Below are positions 1 to 8,494 of a stretch of DNA of 64,000 bases, piece by piece (position 1 is the stretch's first letter; every line of letters starts with the position of its first letter). This DNA is from Fibrobacterales bacterium. GTDB lineage: Bacteria > Fibrobacterota > Fibrobacteria > Fibrobacterales > JAOPTW01. Both the position numbers and the translations under genes were made by a program. The notes beneath the pieces were generated by a model. That model saw nothing but the letters and a program-made list of their open reading frames with translations. It was not told the origin of the DNA and ran no database searches. The DNA is taken from NCBI GenBank assembly GCA_051532055.1, contig JAOPTX010000003.1:167356-231355 (forward strand), in the 5' to 3' direction.

Positions 1-1
1 A

Positions 2-3000
2 ATATACAGGCATACTGCACGTAATTATCCAAGAGAAATGTATTGGTCTTTTATAGATGAAATTTCTCATACTATATCAGGACAAGTTATAACGGTTAAC
101 CGTGATGCAACGAGTAAACAAATTACGGAGGTCACACATAGTGCAGATACACGAAGGGTAACTATTGATAGGTCTCCAACTCAAGAAGTTGTTAAAGTAG
201 TAGATGGCACAACAGAGTTATCAAAAATTACCTATGATTTCGGCCTTATTGATTACACTTTTTTTAAAGAGACAAAGTATAGAAATGACCCTATCCTTGA
301 TGCTTCAGGAAATCCCGTAATAGATGATGAATCAGGAGAAACAGCAACGAAGACCGTTTCGTATGTATATGAACACAAAGCTCAAATGAAAATGATAACA
401 AAAGAATCTCGCCAGGTTGATGCATCAAATAGTGCAAAAGATTTGATTAAAAATTATGTGTATGATGAATATGGTAATATGACACAGATAAGTACAACAA
501 ATGGTAATACTTACAATTATAGCTATTCCGAACTTGATACTCCTACTGAGGGATTTGTAATGAATGTACTCATGGAAAATGGCGCTAAAACAACATCGTT
601 AAATAAAAAGTTTACGTATACTGGCTGGTCAATCGGATCAGCTGATGGTTATCAGGATGGTTTAAATGGAACTGTTATGACAACTGACATTGTGACAAGT
701 CTCACACACCCCGATCTACCAAATAGTGACTATCCAAATAAACATACTATCTTAGAAAAAACAACGTTTAGGGTATCGCAAGATACTTCAACAATTAGAC
801 AAATTAAAAATGCAACTGAATTTTTAGCAACGGGTACGTCGTCAGAAGAGGTAACGAAATATGGTACTGTGGGAATGCAATTATTGTCTCATCAACTTGG
901 ATCTTTTGGCATTGGTCCAATGATAAGTTACCGATATAATGGTGATTTGTTGACAACGACTATTAAGAGAGAACAATCAAACCTTAATATAGATCCAATA
1001 ATAACCTCTTATCACTATGATCACTATGGTAATCAAATAGCAGTATTAAATTCTTCTAAAATAGATATGGATAACTACGATGCTGCCTTTTTTGCTATGC
1101 ATGCAAACCTAAAACCCTATGATTGTATAAACGAAATAGAAGTGTGCGAATGTGATAATCCAAATTATGACCCTGATATTCATCCAGTTTCAGAAAGATT
1201 TATGGAGTGCAAAAATCCTGATGTTCTCAATTGTTATAGTAATTTTCCTACTCTGGTCGACTGTAGATCGAGAGATGTAAACTTTTGTACCGATGTTAAT
1301 TCAAACCCAGTAGCCTGTTTGGTTGTTGATCCTCTGTTAAGAAAATGTGAAGTTGTAGAAGAGCCTATTGTAGGGTGCACTGAAGATATATTCGAGCAGA
1401 ATGTTGAGGCTAACAAACAAGCCATTTATACACAAATTAATACACAATTTGGAATCGATTATAACTTACTAACATTTGAAGTAGTAGATATTAACACCTA
1501 CAGTTTTTATGATAGTAAACAAATAGCGGGTAATTTTTATAGCAAACGGTCACTAACAACAACTGAAAGAACAGATCAACGTACAAAGTTTGAATCTAAG
1601 TATCCTGGTGAAATATTGACGGATGCAGATCTTGACATGAGTAACAAAGAGATCTTAAATCCATTGTTTGATCCTAATGCTCTTTATTTACCAGGGATTT
1701 TAAACGAGCAACATACCAGTAGACTTCATCCAGATGAAAATGAACTTCTGAGCTATTCTTTTGGTACTAAATATTCATTGAATACTGATTATCTTCCCAT
1801 TTCTGAGCATAGAATAATAAATGGAAATAGCGCTGATACTGCTCTTATTCTGGTAAAAGAAACAGCATATAATGATCCGGCTAATAGATTTGCTCCAACA
1901 GGGAAAAAAACGTATATAGATGATGGCATGTATGCATATGACTCAACAAAATACGACGCTAAGTATCATCAATACCCTGTAGAAAATCATGTTTATAAAG
2001 GTGTTTTTGATATAAATACAACACCAGCTGCGGTGGGTGATTTTGTTACTACCTTGGTATATAACCCAAAAAACTTTCTTGAGACACAAACTAATCCCAA
2101 TTTGCAAACCACTTCTTTTACTTATGATGATGTAGGGAGGGTTGTCAGCACCTTAAACCCAAATGGTACTACTATTATTACAGAACATAACGATGCTCAA
2201 AATTATGTTATGCAGATCAATTCAACAGGTCAAAAATCAAAAATTGTACAGGATGGGCTCGGTGTTGATAGTACTTTTATTACATACGATAATACTGGTA
2301 CTCTCACACAAACATCAAAAAAAGTCTATAATCAATCAGGTCTTATTTATCAACAAGACAATGATGGACGTGAACTTTTTAATTATTATAGTGACGCTGG
2401 CAGATTATACATATCTCAGGTACCAGAAGTAAAGGGAGAGTATACCCGATATATTCAAACAAACTTTGAGTATGATTTTTTAAATAGAACAAAAACTACT
2501 ATTGATCCTTTACTTAGAAGAACAATAGAGCACTCTAATAAAAACGGCCAGGCAATTAAAATAGAGTCTGAAAAAACGGGTGGAGGCTTTATTACAACCC
2601 AATATATCTATGATAATTTTGGAAATTTAGTCGAGACAATTGATCCTAATGGCAATAGTGAAACTATGGTATATAATCACATGCAACAACCGACTACGGT
2701 GGAGTATGCTGATCAATATAAAATCGAGTATTTTTACACAAATCAAGGGCGTCTAAAGCGTTTTGATAAAACAGACCTTTCACAAACACCTACAGTCACT
2801 ACATCTATCAAGTACGGTAGGGACGGACTTGATAGAGTTATTGCCGATACCGTTGTGTCAGGGTTAGAGCAGTTGGAAACTTATTACACCTATGATAATG
2901 CAACGTTTAATACTACTACTTATGCATACCCACAAAAACTAGTAGATATCACACGTGATAGTTTAAAGGTTAATTTTAGTTATGATAATTTTGGGAATTT

Positions 3001-4930
3001 GACTGAAAAGGTAACCCGTATTTACCCAGGGGCAATTTTTACTTCAGGCCCAACCTATTATGGGTCAATTGGTTATGGTTATAGAGATGATTTTAGTGTT
3101 GAAACAATGACTATAAATGGTGACCTCGCACTAACATATGGTCGCGACCCCTATTTTAGAAATAATACTATTTCTGGTTCATACAAAAGTGGGGCACTGT
3201 TTGATATTATTAAATCGGTGACTTTTACGCCTAATAACATGGTGGACCAAGTCGTGTATGGGAATAATATTACCACTACCTATGGGTATGATTCCAATAG
3301 GCCTATTTTAAAAAGTATTGAAGCGACAATGGATAATGCCCATGAGCCATTTTATAAACATATAATTACTAATTTAGGAAAGACAGGAAACATAGAGAGA
3401 ATACAACGCCACAATGGGACTGAGGCGGCTTATGAGTATGATAAGTTAGATCGCCTTATATCAGTTGGCTATCCTGATGGTGGTGTTGGGGGGAATAATC
3501 TTGTAATGGCCTATGATAATAATGGTAATATTGAGAGTTTTACCCATGATTTTGGTCAGATAGATTACTTTTATAATACTACAGGAAGTGGCGCTACTAT
3601 TAAACAACAAAATACTCTTATCAAATCACATTCGGCACTAAATGGTTGGGCAGTATATGATTATGATAAAAATAAAAATCGAACGTCAACAAGTTATTAC
3701 AATAAATCGAGTGACTTAATAGCCGGCAACACTAATTGGCATGTACGACATGAATATGGATTTGACCTACTGAATAGAATGAAAACCTATGTTAAAAAAA
3801 CTAAGTCAGGGCAAAGTGGCATTGAGGCTGTAAGTGAGTATCTCTATGATTATGATATTGATGGAGCTAAATTGGTAACCCATAGAAAAAATGGTGCAGG
3901 TTTATACGAAAAACAAAAAGAGTTTGTCTATGAATGGCCTAATGTAGTGTACGAAGCAGATACAGTTTCTGGCGATAGTTCTTATTTTGTATTCTGGGGT
4001 AACGAGCGTATTGCTGAAGTTAAGATAGAGAGTGAAATGCCGGAAATCTATTTTTACCATAATGATCACCTTGGTACTGTTAACCAGATAACTACAAATG
4101 AAGCAATACCTTCAGTTGTTGCACGATATACTTTTGATCCTTATGGAAATTTAGAGTCATATCAGGGAAGTTATCACACAAATTATTTTTATACCACCAA
4201 AGAATGGGTTCCTGAAATGGGTATGTACTATTTTGGCGCTCGGTATTATGATCCGCATACATTGCAGTGGATGAGTACAGACCCTCTATTTGAATTTAAT
4301 TCTCCTTATAGTTATGTTGGTGGTAATCCACTTAGATTAATTGATCCTGATGGTAAAGACGCCATATTAACGAAAAATGATGTTGATAATACAATTACTA
4401 TTGAGTCTACAATTTTTATATATGGGGATGAGGCTTCCGCTGATGTTGCAGAACAGATACAGGGTAATATTATGGACGCTTGGGACAATAAAGAATACAT
4501 GGATGAAGAAACAAAGGTAAAATATAAGGTAGTATTAAAATTAAAAGTTGTATCTATGGGGAAAGATAAAGATCCTCTAGCTGCTCATGTTGCAAAGAGA
4601 GATGGTATTAATTTCATTAAGATAGCTGACCCCAATACTTCTTATGTGAATGCAGCGAATGGTAGAACTGGTGAATGGCGAGGCCCTTCTTCATGGGAAG
4701 ACTATGATAATCCTGCTGCACATGAATTTGGGCATTTGATAAGACTAGATGATAAATACTTTTCTAATAAAGCAGGGTATCCTGCTCATCCAGGGTGGAA
4801 AGGGACGATTATGGGGGAATCACCAGGTGAAGGTGTTGTAACAGGAAAAGTAATGTGGAATTTACTTAATAAAAGAAAATATGATGTAAATAATCAATTT
4901 TTTATCAATTCTACAACAACTTATAGGTAA
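2..4930 (+). CDS. Rhs/YD-repeat polymorphic toxin with C-terminal zincin-like metallopeptidase domain (5'-truncated by window edge)
   Basis: Frame is open from base 2 to the ATG at 38, so the gene probably starts upstream. YD repeats (YDEYGN, YDDVGR, YDNFGN, YDKLDR); Rhs core (YHNDHLGT, FDPYGN, GMYYFGARYYDP, PYSYVGGNPLRLIDPDG); C-terminal HEFGH and downstream TIMG. Confidence 0.93.
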   Translation: MYRHTARNYPREMYWSFIDEISHTISGQVITVNRDATSKQITEVTHSADTRRVTIDRSPTQEVVKVVDGTTELSKITYDFGLIDYTFFKETKYRNDPILDASGNPVIDDESGETATKTVSYVYEHKAQMKMITKESRQVDASNSAKDLIKNYVYDEYGNMTQISTTNGNTYNYSYSELDTPTEGFVMNVLMENGAKTTSLNKKFTYTGWSIGSADGYQDGLNGTVMTTDIVTSLTHPDLPNSDYPNKHTILEKTTFRVSQDTSTIRQIKNATEFLATGTSSEEVTKYGTVGMQLLSHQLGSFGIGPMISYRYNGDLLTTTIKREQSNLNIDPIITSYHYDHYGNQIAVLNSSKIDMDNYDAAFFAMHANLKPYDCINEIEVCECDNPNYDPDIHPVSERFMECKNPDVLNCYSNFPTLVDCRSRDVNFCTDVNSNPVACLVVDPLLRKCEVVEEPIVGCTEDIFEQNVEANKQAIYTQINTQFGIDYNLLTFEVVDINTYSFYDSKQIAGNFYSKRSLTTTERTDQRTKFESKYPGEILTDADLDMSNKEILNPLFDPNALYLPGILNEQHTSRLHPDENELLSYSFGTKYSLNTDYLPISEHRIINGNSADTALILVKETAYNDPANRFAPTGKKTYIDDGMYAYDSTKYDAKYHQYPVENHVYKGVFDINTTPAAVGDFVTTLVYNPKNFLETQTNPNLQTTSFTYDDVGRVVSTLNPNGTTIITEHNDAQNYVMQINSTGQKSKIVQDGLGVDSTFITYDNTGTLTQTSKKVYNQSGLIYQQDNDGRELFNYYSDAGRLYISQVPEVKGEYTRYIQTNFEYDFLNRTKTTIDPLLRRTIEHSNKNGQAIKIESEKTGGGFITTQYIYDNFGNLVETIDPNGNSETMVYNHMQQPTTVEYADQYKIEYFYTNQGRLKRFDKTDLSQTPTVTTSIKYGRDGLDRVIADTVVSGLEQLETYYTYDNATFNTTTYAYPQKLVDITRDSLKVNFSYDNFGNLTEKVTRIYPGAIFTSGPTYYGSIGYGYRDDFSVETMTINGDLALTYGRDPYFRNNTISGSYKSGALFDIIKSVTFTPNNMVDQVVYGNNITTTYGYDSNRPILKSIEATMDNAHEPFYKHIITNLGKTGNIERIQRHNGTEAAYEYDKLDRLISVGYPDGGVGGNNLVMAYDNNGNIESFTHDFGQIDYFYNTTGSGATIKQQNTLIKSHSALNGWAVYDYDKNKNRTSTSYYNKSSDLIAGNTNWHVRHEYGFDLLNRMKTYVKKTKSGQSGIEAVSEYLYDYDIDGAKLVTHRKNGAGLYEKQKEFVYEWPNVVYEADTVSGDSSYFVFWGNERIAEVKIESEMPEIYFYHNDHLGTVNQITTNEAIPSVVARYTFDPYGNLESYQGSYHTNYFYTTKEWVPEMGMYYFGARYYDPHTLQWMSTDPLFEFNSPYSYVGGNPLRLIDPDGKDAILTKNDVDNTITIESTIFIYGDEASADVAEQIQGNIMDAWDNKEYMDEETKVKYKVVLKLKVVSMGKDKDPLAAHVAKRDGINFIKIADPNTSYVNAANGRTGEWRGPSSWEDYDNPAAHEFGHLIRLDDKYFSNKAGYPAHPGWKGTIMGESPGEGVVTGKVMWNLLNKRKYDVNNQFFINSTTTYR

Positions 4931-5413
4931 TTGGTGGCCTCTAGTTTACATTTCCTAGTAGTGATAGCTTTTCTATTTATTATTGGGTGTAATCATAAAT
5001 CCAATGTTTGTGAAAGTGATGTTAATAAAAAAAACATTGACCACGAATATTTAGGTGGTGGCTTTATAAAGTGCTCTTATCAGGTAATAAATGATAGTAG
5101 TCATTTTGAAAAGTATTACCTTTCTTCCGAAACTTTTTACCACAGTAAAAATCTGGGTGGTCTTTCGGCATTTTATAAATCTCCTCGACGTGACTATGCT
5201 ATATTTGTTAAAAATGAGGATGCTCAGCTATATGTATTTGATTTGGAAAGTGGTGAGGAAAAAATTGTAGATTTTGATGTAGCTATTTTCCCTGTTGAAG
5301 TGAAGTGGTCACAAAATAGCAAGCATGTAGTTGTTCATTATCGAAATGATGATAAATTTTTGGTAACGAAAACAGTTAGAATTGATTTATCAACAGGGGA
5401 TGCAGAAAAGTAG
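4931..5413 (+). CDS. Putative lipoprotein; candidate immunity protein of the Rhs toxin
   Basis: Starts immediately after the Rhs stop (TTG 4931 or GTG 4934); hydrophobic signal ending FIIG-C (lipobox). Position is typical of immunity genes. Confidence 0.65.
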   Translation: MVASSLHFLVVIAFLFIIGCNHKSNVCESDVNKKNIDHEYLGGGFIKCSYQVINDSSHFEKYYLSSETFYHSKNLGGLSAFYKSPRRDYAIFVKNEDAQLYVFDLESGEEKIVDFDVAIFPVEVKWSQNSKHVVVHYRNDDKFLVTKTVRIDLSTGDAEK

Positions 5414-5447
5414 GAGTATGAGATGCTAAAATTATTTCCCTGATTTT

Positions 5448-5475
5448 AAAAACTCTCTCCCTTGAGGGCTTTTTA
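5448..5475 (+). terminator. Possible intrinsic terminator after the Rhs/immunity pair
   Basis: Imperfect hairpin ctctc-cctt-gaggg followed by cttttt. Confidence 0.4.
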
Positions 5476-5636
5476 TGTCTCTATTTACTTAAAAAGTCCT
5501 GACCAAAACTTAGGAATTTCAATATTATCAAACTATTCAATATCAGACTCTTTGGCTGTTTCAGAATTATATAGAGGGTTGATAGTAATATATCTACAGC
5601 GCCAAAGGCTATGATTGCCGATAGATGACTGTGTAA

Positions 5637-5650
5637 TGGCTGAACATATG
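5637..5650 (+). repeat. 14-bp direct repeat copy 1 (tggctgaacatatg)
   Basis: Exact match to 8390-8403, with degenerate similarity extending on both sides (agatg...accg). Confidence 0.75.
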
Positions 5651-5783
5651 TCTTACCGTTTTTTTAGCATCATAAGTATTACTGAATTTTTCAGTTATCA
5701 TTAAGAGTTTGTTCCTAACCGTTTAAATAGTTATTGTCTTATTATTGCTTAATGTTACAGGATGTCAAACAGGTATTTAAAAC

Positions 5784-6560
5784 ATGAAATTGAATGGATA
5801 TATTAGTTACTTATTTACAATCTGTTTTGTCTTTATGACATTACTCACAAATAATTCATACGCCCAATCAGGATCACTTGTTTTTGATGGCACATACGGG
5901 TTTTCTAAAGAGCTGTTCCCCATATCAATTGGCAATATCAAAGTAAAAACGCCGGTTGGTAAAGCGTATGAAGCGTTGCAAGAGGATAATGAATTTCATT
6001 ACCAGCTTCATTTACACGGTTATTATTTCCCTTTTGATCATTTGGGTGTCGGGGCTTCATATTTCTCCTCTCAATCCTCAAGTAATTCAGTAGGTATGGA
6101 TTCAATAGGATATATACAAACATCCTGGAACCATACTCGGTATGTTGAACACACTCTATTCATAGGATTAGTATCTGCAAGGTATTCAAATGAGATCGGA
6201 GCTTCACAGATAGATGTCGGACTAGGAGTTACTCAACTCAGTGTAAATGGTGTTTACAAAATGAATTCTGAAGGCTCGTTCATGAGTGTTAATGCACATA
6301 TCTTACGCGCTACAGAAAAAAAATCTTTTACCTTGCTGTTAGTATATTCAAAAGCATTTCATATCTACTCAAAAATAGCACTGGTGCTTAAAGCACAACT
6401 TATCTATAGTGACTTTGGAAAAATTAATTTCCCCATAGTCAATTTAGATGTTGAAGGCAATCCTGAGGTAGATGATTCTGGTGAGGGTGAAGAGAATGAC
6501 TCCGTTAAATATACCTATTTGCAGGGCAACCTTTCAGCTGGTTTAAGAGTTCAGTTTTAA
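5784..6560 (+). CDS. Outer-membrane beta-barrel protein (putative)
   Basis: Sec signal (NSYA|Q), alternating hydrophobic strands, C-terminal LSAGLRVQF with terminal Phe (BAM-type signal). Confidence 0.7.
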   Translation: MKLNGYISYLFTICFVFMTLLTNNSYAQSGSLVFDGTYGFSKELFPISIGNIKVKTPVGKAYEALQEDNEFHYQLHLHGYYFPFDHLGVGASYFSSQSSSNSVGMDSIGYIQTSWNHTRYVEHTLFIGLVSARYSNEIGASQIDVGLGVTQLSVNGVYKMNSEGSFMSVNAHILRATEKKSFTLLLVYSKAFHIYSKIALVLKAQLIYSDFGKINFPIVNLDVEGNPEVDDSGEGEENDSVKYTYLQGNLSAGLRVQF

Positions 6561-6668
6561 TTTTTTTTTGAAAAATATCATATCTATATATCGGTAATAA
6601 ATAAACTTATTTGAACAGAATGTATGTTGATTTTTTATGTTTATAAGATACGAATTGGAGGTCAATAA

Positions 6669-7739
6669 ATGAAATATTATGCTGTAGTACTACTTCTACT
6701 TATCGCGATGCTTTATAGTGGATGTGATCTTTTAGATGAACAAGAAACGACTTCTGACGTTATTCCGGAACAGACATATTGTTATATCATCGACAGTAAT
6801 ACAGACTCTGAGCAAGCTTCATCATTTTTAAAACAGCAAAAATGTGATTCTATTCTTTGTGAATCTATGAATGAAAAAGGTTTTTATTATTGCGAAGCAA
6901 GTACCATTGATTCCATCCTTCTTTTTCAAGAATATTTAGTTGAAAAGGTGAATGATAACCCCGCTAAATTTGAAGGTTTTTATATAAGAAATAGATTAAG
7001 CAGAGATGAAGTGACAACTGAAAATATTATAAACGATCATATATCATTCCAGAAAGATGGATTTCTCTCTTGGAAATCTTTTTCGCTAGACTACGATCAG
7101 TTACGCTCCGATTTAGAATTATATACCACACATGAAAGCCGTAAAGATATACCAGAATTTCAGTTGGATAAATATATGTTGTTAGATGAGGGTGATGGAG
7201 TTCAGAGAATTATCGGGTATGACACAAATCATACTAATTCTTATGGTCTCAGTGATCTTAGGGGGTATCGTTGGGTATCTTTTCAACTGCGTGATCTATC
7301 TGATAATGGATTTACTGTTTATAATACAAGAAGTGATTTAAATGAAGTTGAAGAGATAGACTATATTAATGCCGAACCAGCAAAAATATATTTGAGCGGT
7401 AATTGGAGAGCTGTTGAAGAGATTTGGGAAAAAGATCTTGGTAAAGCATATGATATCTCTTTTGATGAAGATGGTACTCTTGAGTCTGATGACTGGTTTA
7501 CTGAATATGATGAGTATTATATTACCAAAAGTCCAAGAGAAGGAATGGTTTATCAGATGCATCTTCAGAGAGGCGATGTTGTACGAGCTTCTCAAATTGC
7601 AGAGTTTAAACAAGATAGTGTAATGGTGATTTTAAGGAACTTTTATGACAGAGATAAACCAATAGGGCTTGTTGACTCAGATAATAATGGCACAGCACAT
7701 GGCGGATTTCCACTATACTTTTATAAAGTCTCTGAATAG
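6669..7739 (+). CDS. Hypothetical acidic lipoprotein
   Basis: RBS ggagg; signal MKYYAVVLLLLIAMLYSG-C. Confidence 0.75.
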   Translation: MKYYAVVLLLLIAMLYSGCDLLDEQETTSDVIPEQTYCYIIDSNTDSEQASSFLKQQKCDSILCESMNEKGFYYCEASTIDSILLFQEYLVEKVNDNPAKFEGFYIRNRLSRDEVTTENIINDHISFQKDGFLSWKSFSLDYDQLRSDLELYTTHESRKDIPEFQLDKYMLLDEGDGVQRIIGYDTNHTNSYGLSDLRGYRWVSFQLRDLSDNGFTVYNTRSDLNEVEEIDYINAEPAKIYLSGNWRAVEEIWEKDLGKAYDISFDEDGTLESDDWFTEYDEYYITKSPREGMVYQMHLQRGDVVRASQIAEFKQDSVMVILRNFYDRDKPIGLVDSDNNGTAHGGFPLYFYKVSE

Positions 7740-7836
7740 TGAGATTAAGGGACATTGATTGTAAACACACGTTTACCTTAAAAATATTTTAGAATTTCTA
7801 AATTTAACACCTTAAATTTAACCAAGTGAGAGTGGT

Positions 7837-8334
7837 ATGGTATCTATCAAATTATTAATTCGTTGTACGATCGTTGTAGCTGTATGTTCAGGTATTTTAT
7901 TTGCGGGAGCATATAAAAAACCTGAAGGGTGGATAAAAAATAAGAATCCGCGTGAAGAAGTATTCAAGCAGTTTATTGCTCCTTCATCTCAAGGATATAG
8001 TGCAAATATTACTGTTCGTAAAATTGAACGAAAAAAGAAACAGCGTGATCAAAAATTTCGACTTATTCTTGATGACTATATTAAAAAACAATCAAAGCGT
8101 AAATCTCAATACACTATGCTTGTTAAACGTAAAGACAAAATTGGTGGAAACAAAGGAGTTTGGTGGAAGTTTAGTCATGTAAATAAGTCTACCGGTCAGA
8201 AAATTATTCAGCTAAATTTTGCAATAAAGGATAGGAAAGATTTTATTTTACTTTCCTTAGAATGTTCTAAACAAGACCTAAAACTCTTTAGAAAAACTTT
8301 TAAAAGTTTCTTGAATGATGTTAAAATAAAATAG
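7837..8334 (+). CDS. Highly basic exported protein, PsbP/DcrB (DUF1795)-like fold (tentative)
   Basis: Signal peptide; Y..PEGW start, ANITV strand, KIGGNKG, and C-terminal F..FL..VKI pattern reminiscent of PsbP-like proteins; very Lys-rich. Confidence 0.5.
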   Translation: MVSIKLLIRCTIVVAVCSGILFAGAYKKPEGWIKNKNPREEVFKQFIAPSSQGYSANITVRKIERKKKQRDQKFRLILDDYIKKQSKRKSQYTMLVKRKDKIGGNKGVWWKFSHVNKSTGQKIIQLNFAIKDRKDFILLSLECSKQDLKLFRKTFKSFLNDVKIK

Positions 8335-8389
8335 ATCTCAGGGGGCGTTGGATCTTGTGATATTTAAGAATCATAAAGATGTAGTATAG

Positions 8390-8419
8390 TGGCTGAACAT
8401 ATGAGACAACCGAGACAAC
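8390..8419 (+). repeat. 14-bp direct repeat copy 2 plus adjacent tandem gagacaac x2
   Basis: tggctgaacatatg at 8390-8403, immediately followed by gagacaac-c-gagacaac (8403-8419). Confidence 0.7.
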
Positions 8420-8494
8420 AATAGCTGGTTAAATAGAGAGCTATTAATTATAGTATTCCAAAAACAAGACAGATCACTTCGATCTATTTCCTAA

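Noticed and set aside
4931..8400. Integron cassette array
   Set aside because: The genes are co-oriented orphans, but I found no attC-like RYYYAAC...GTTRRRY palindromes after the stops and no integrase.
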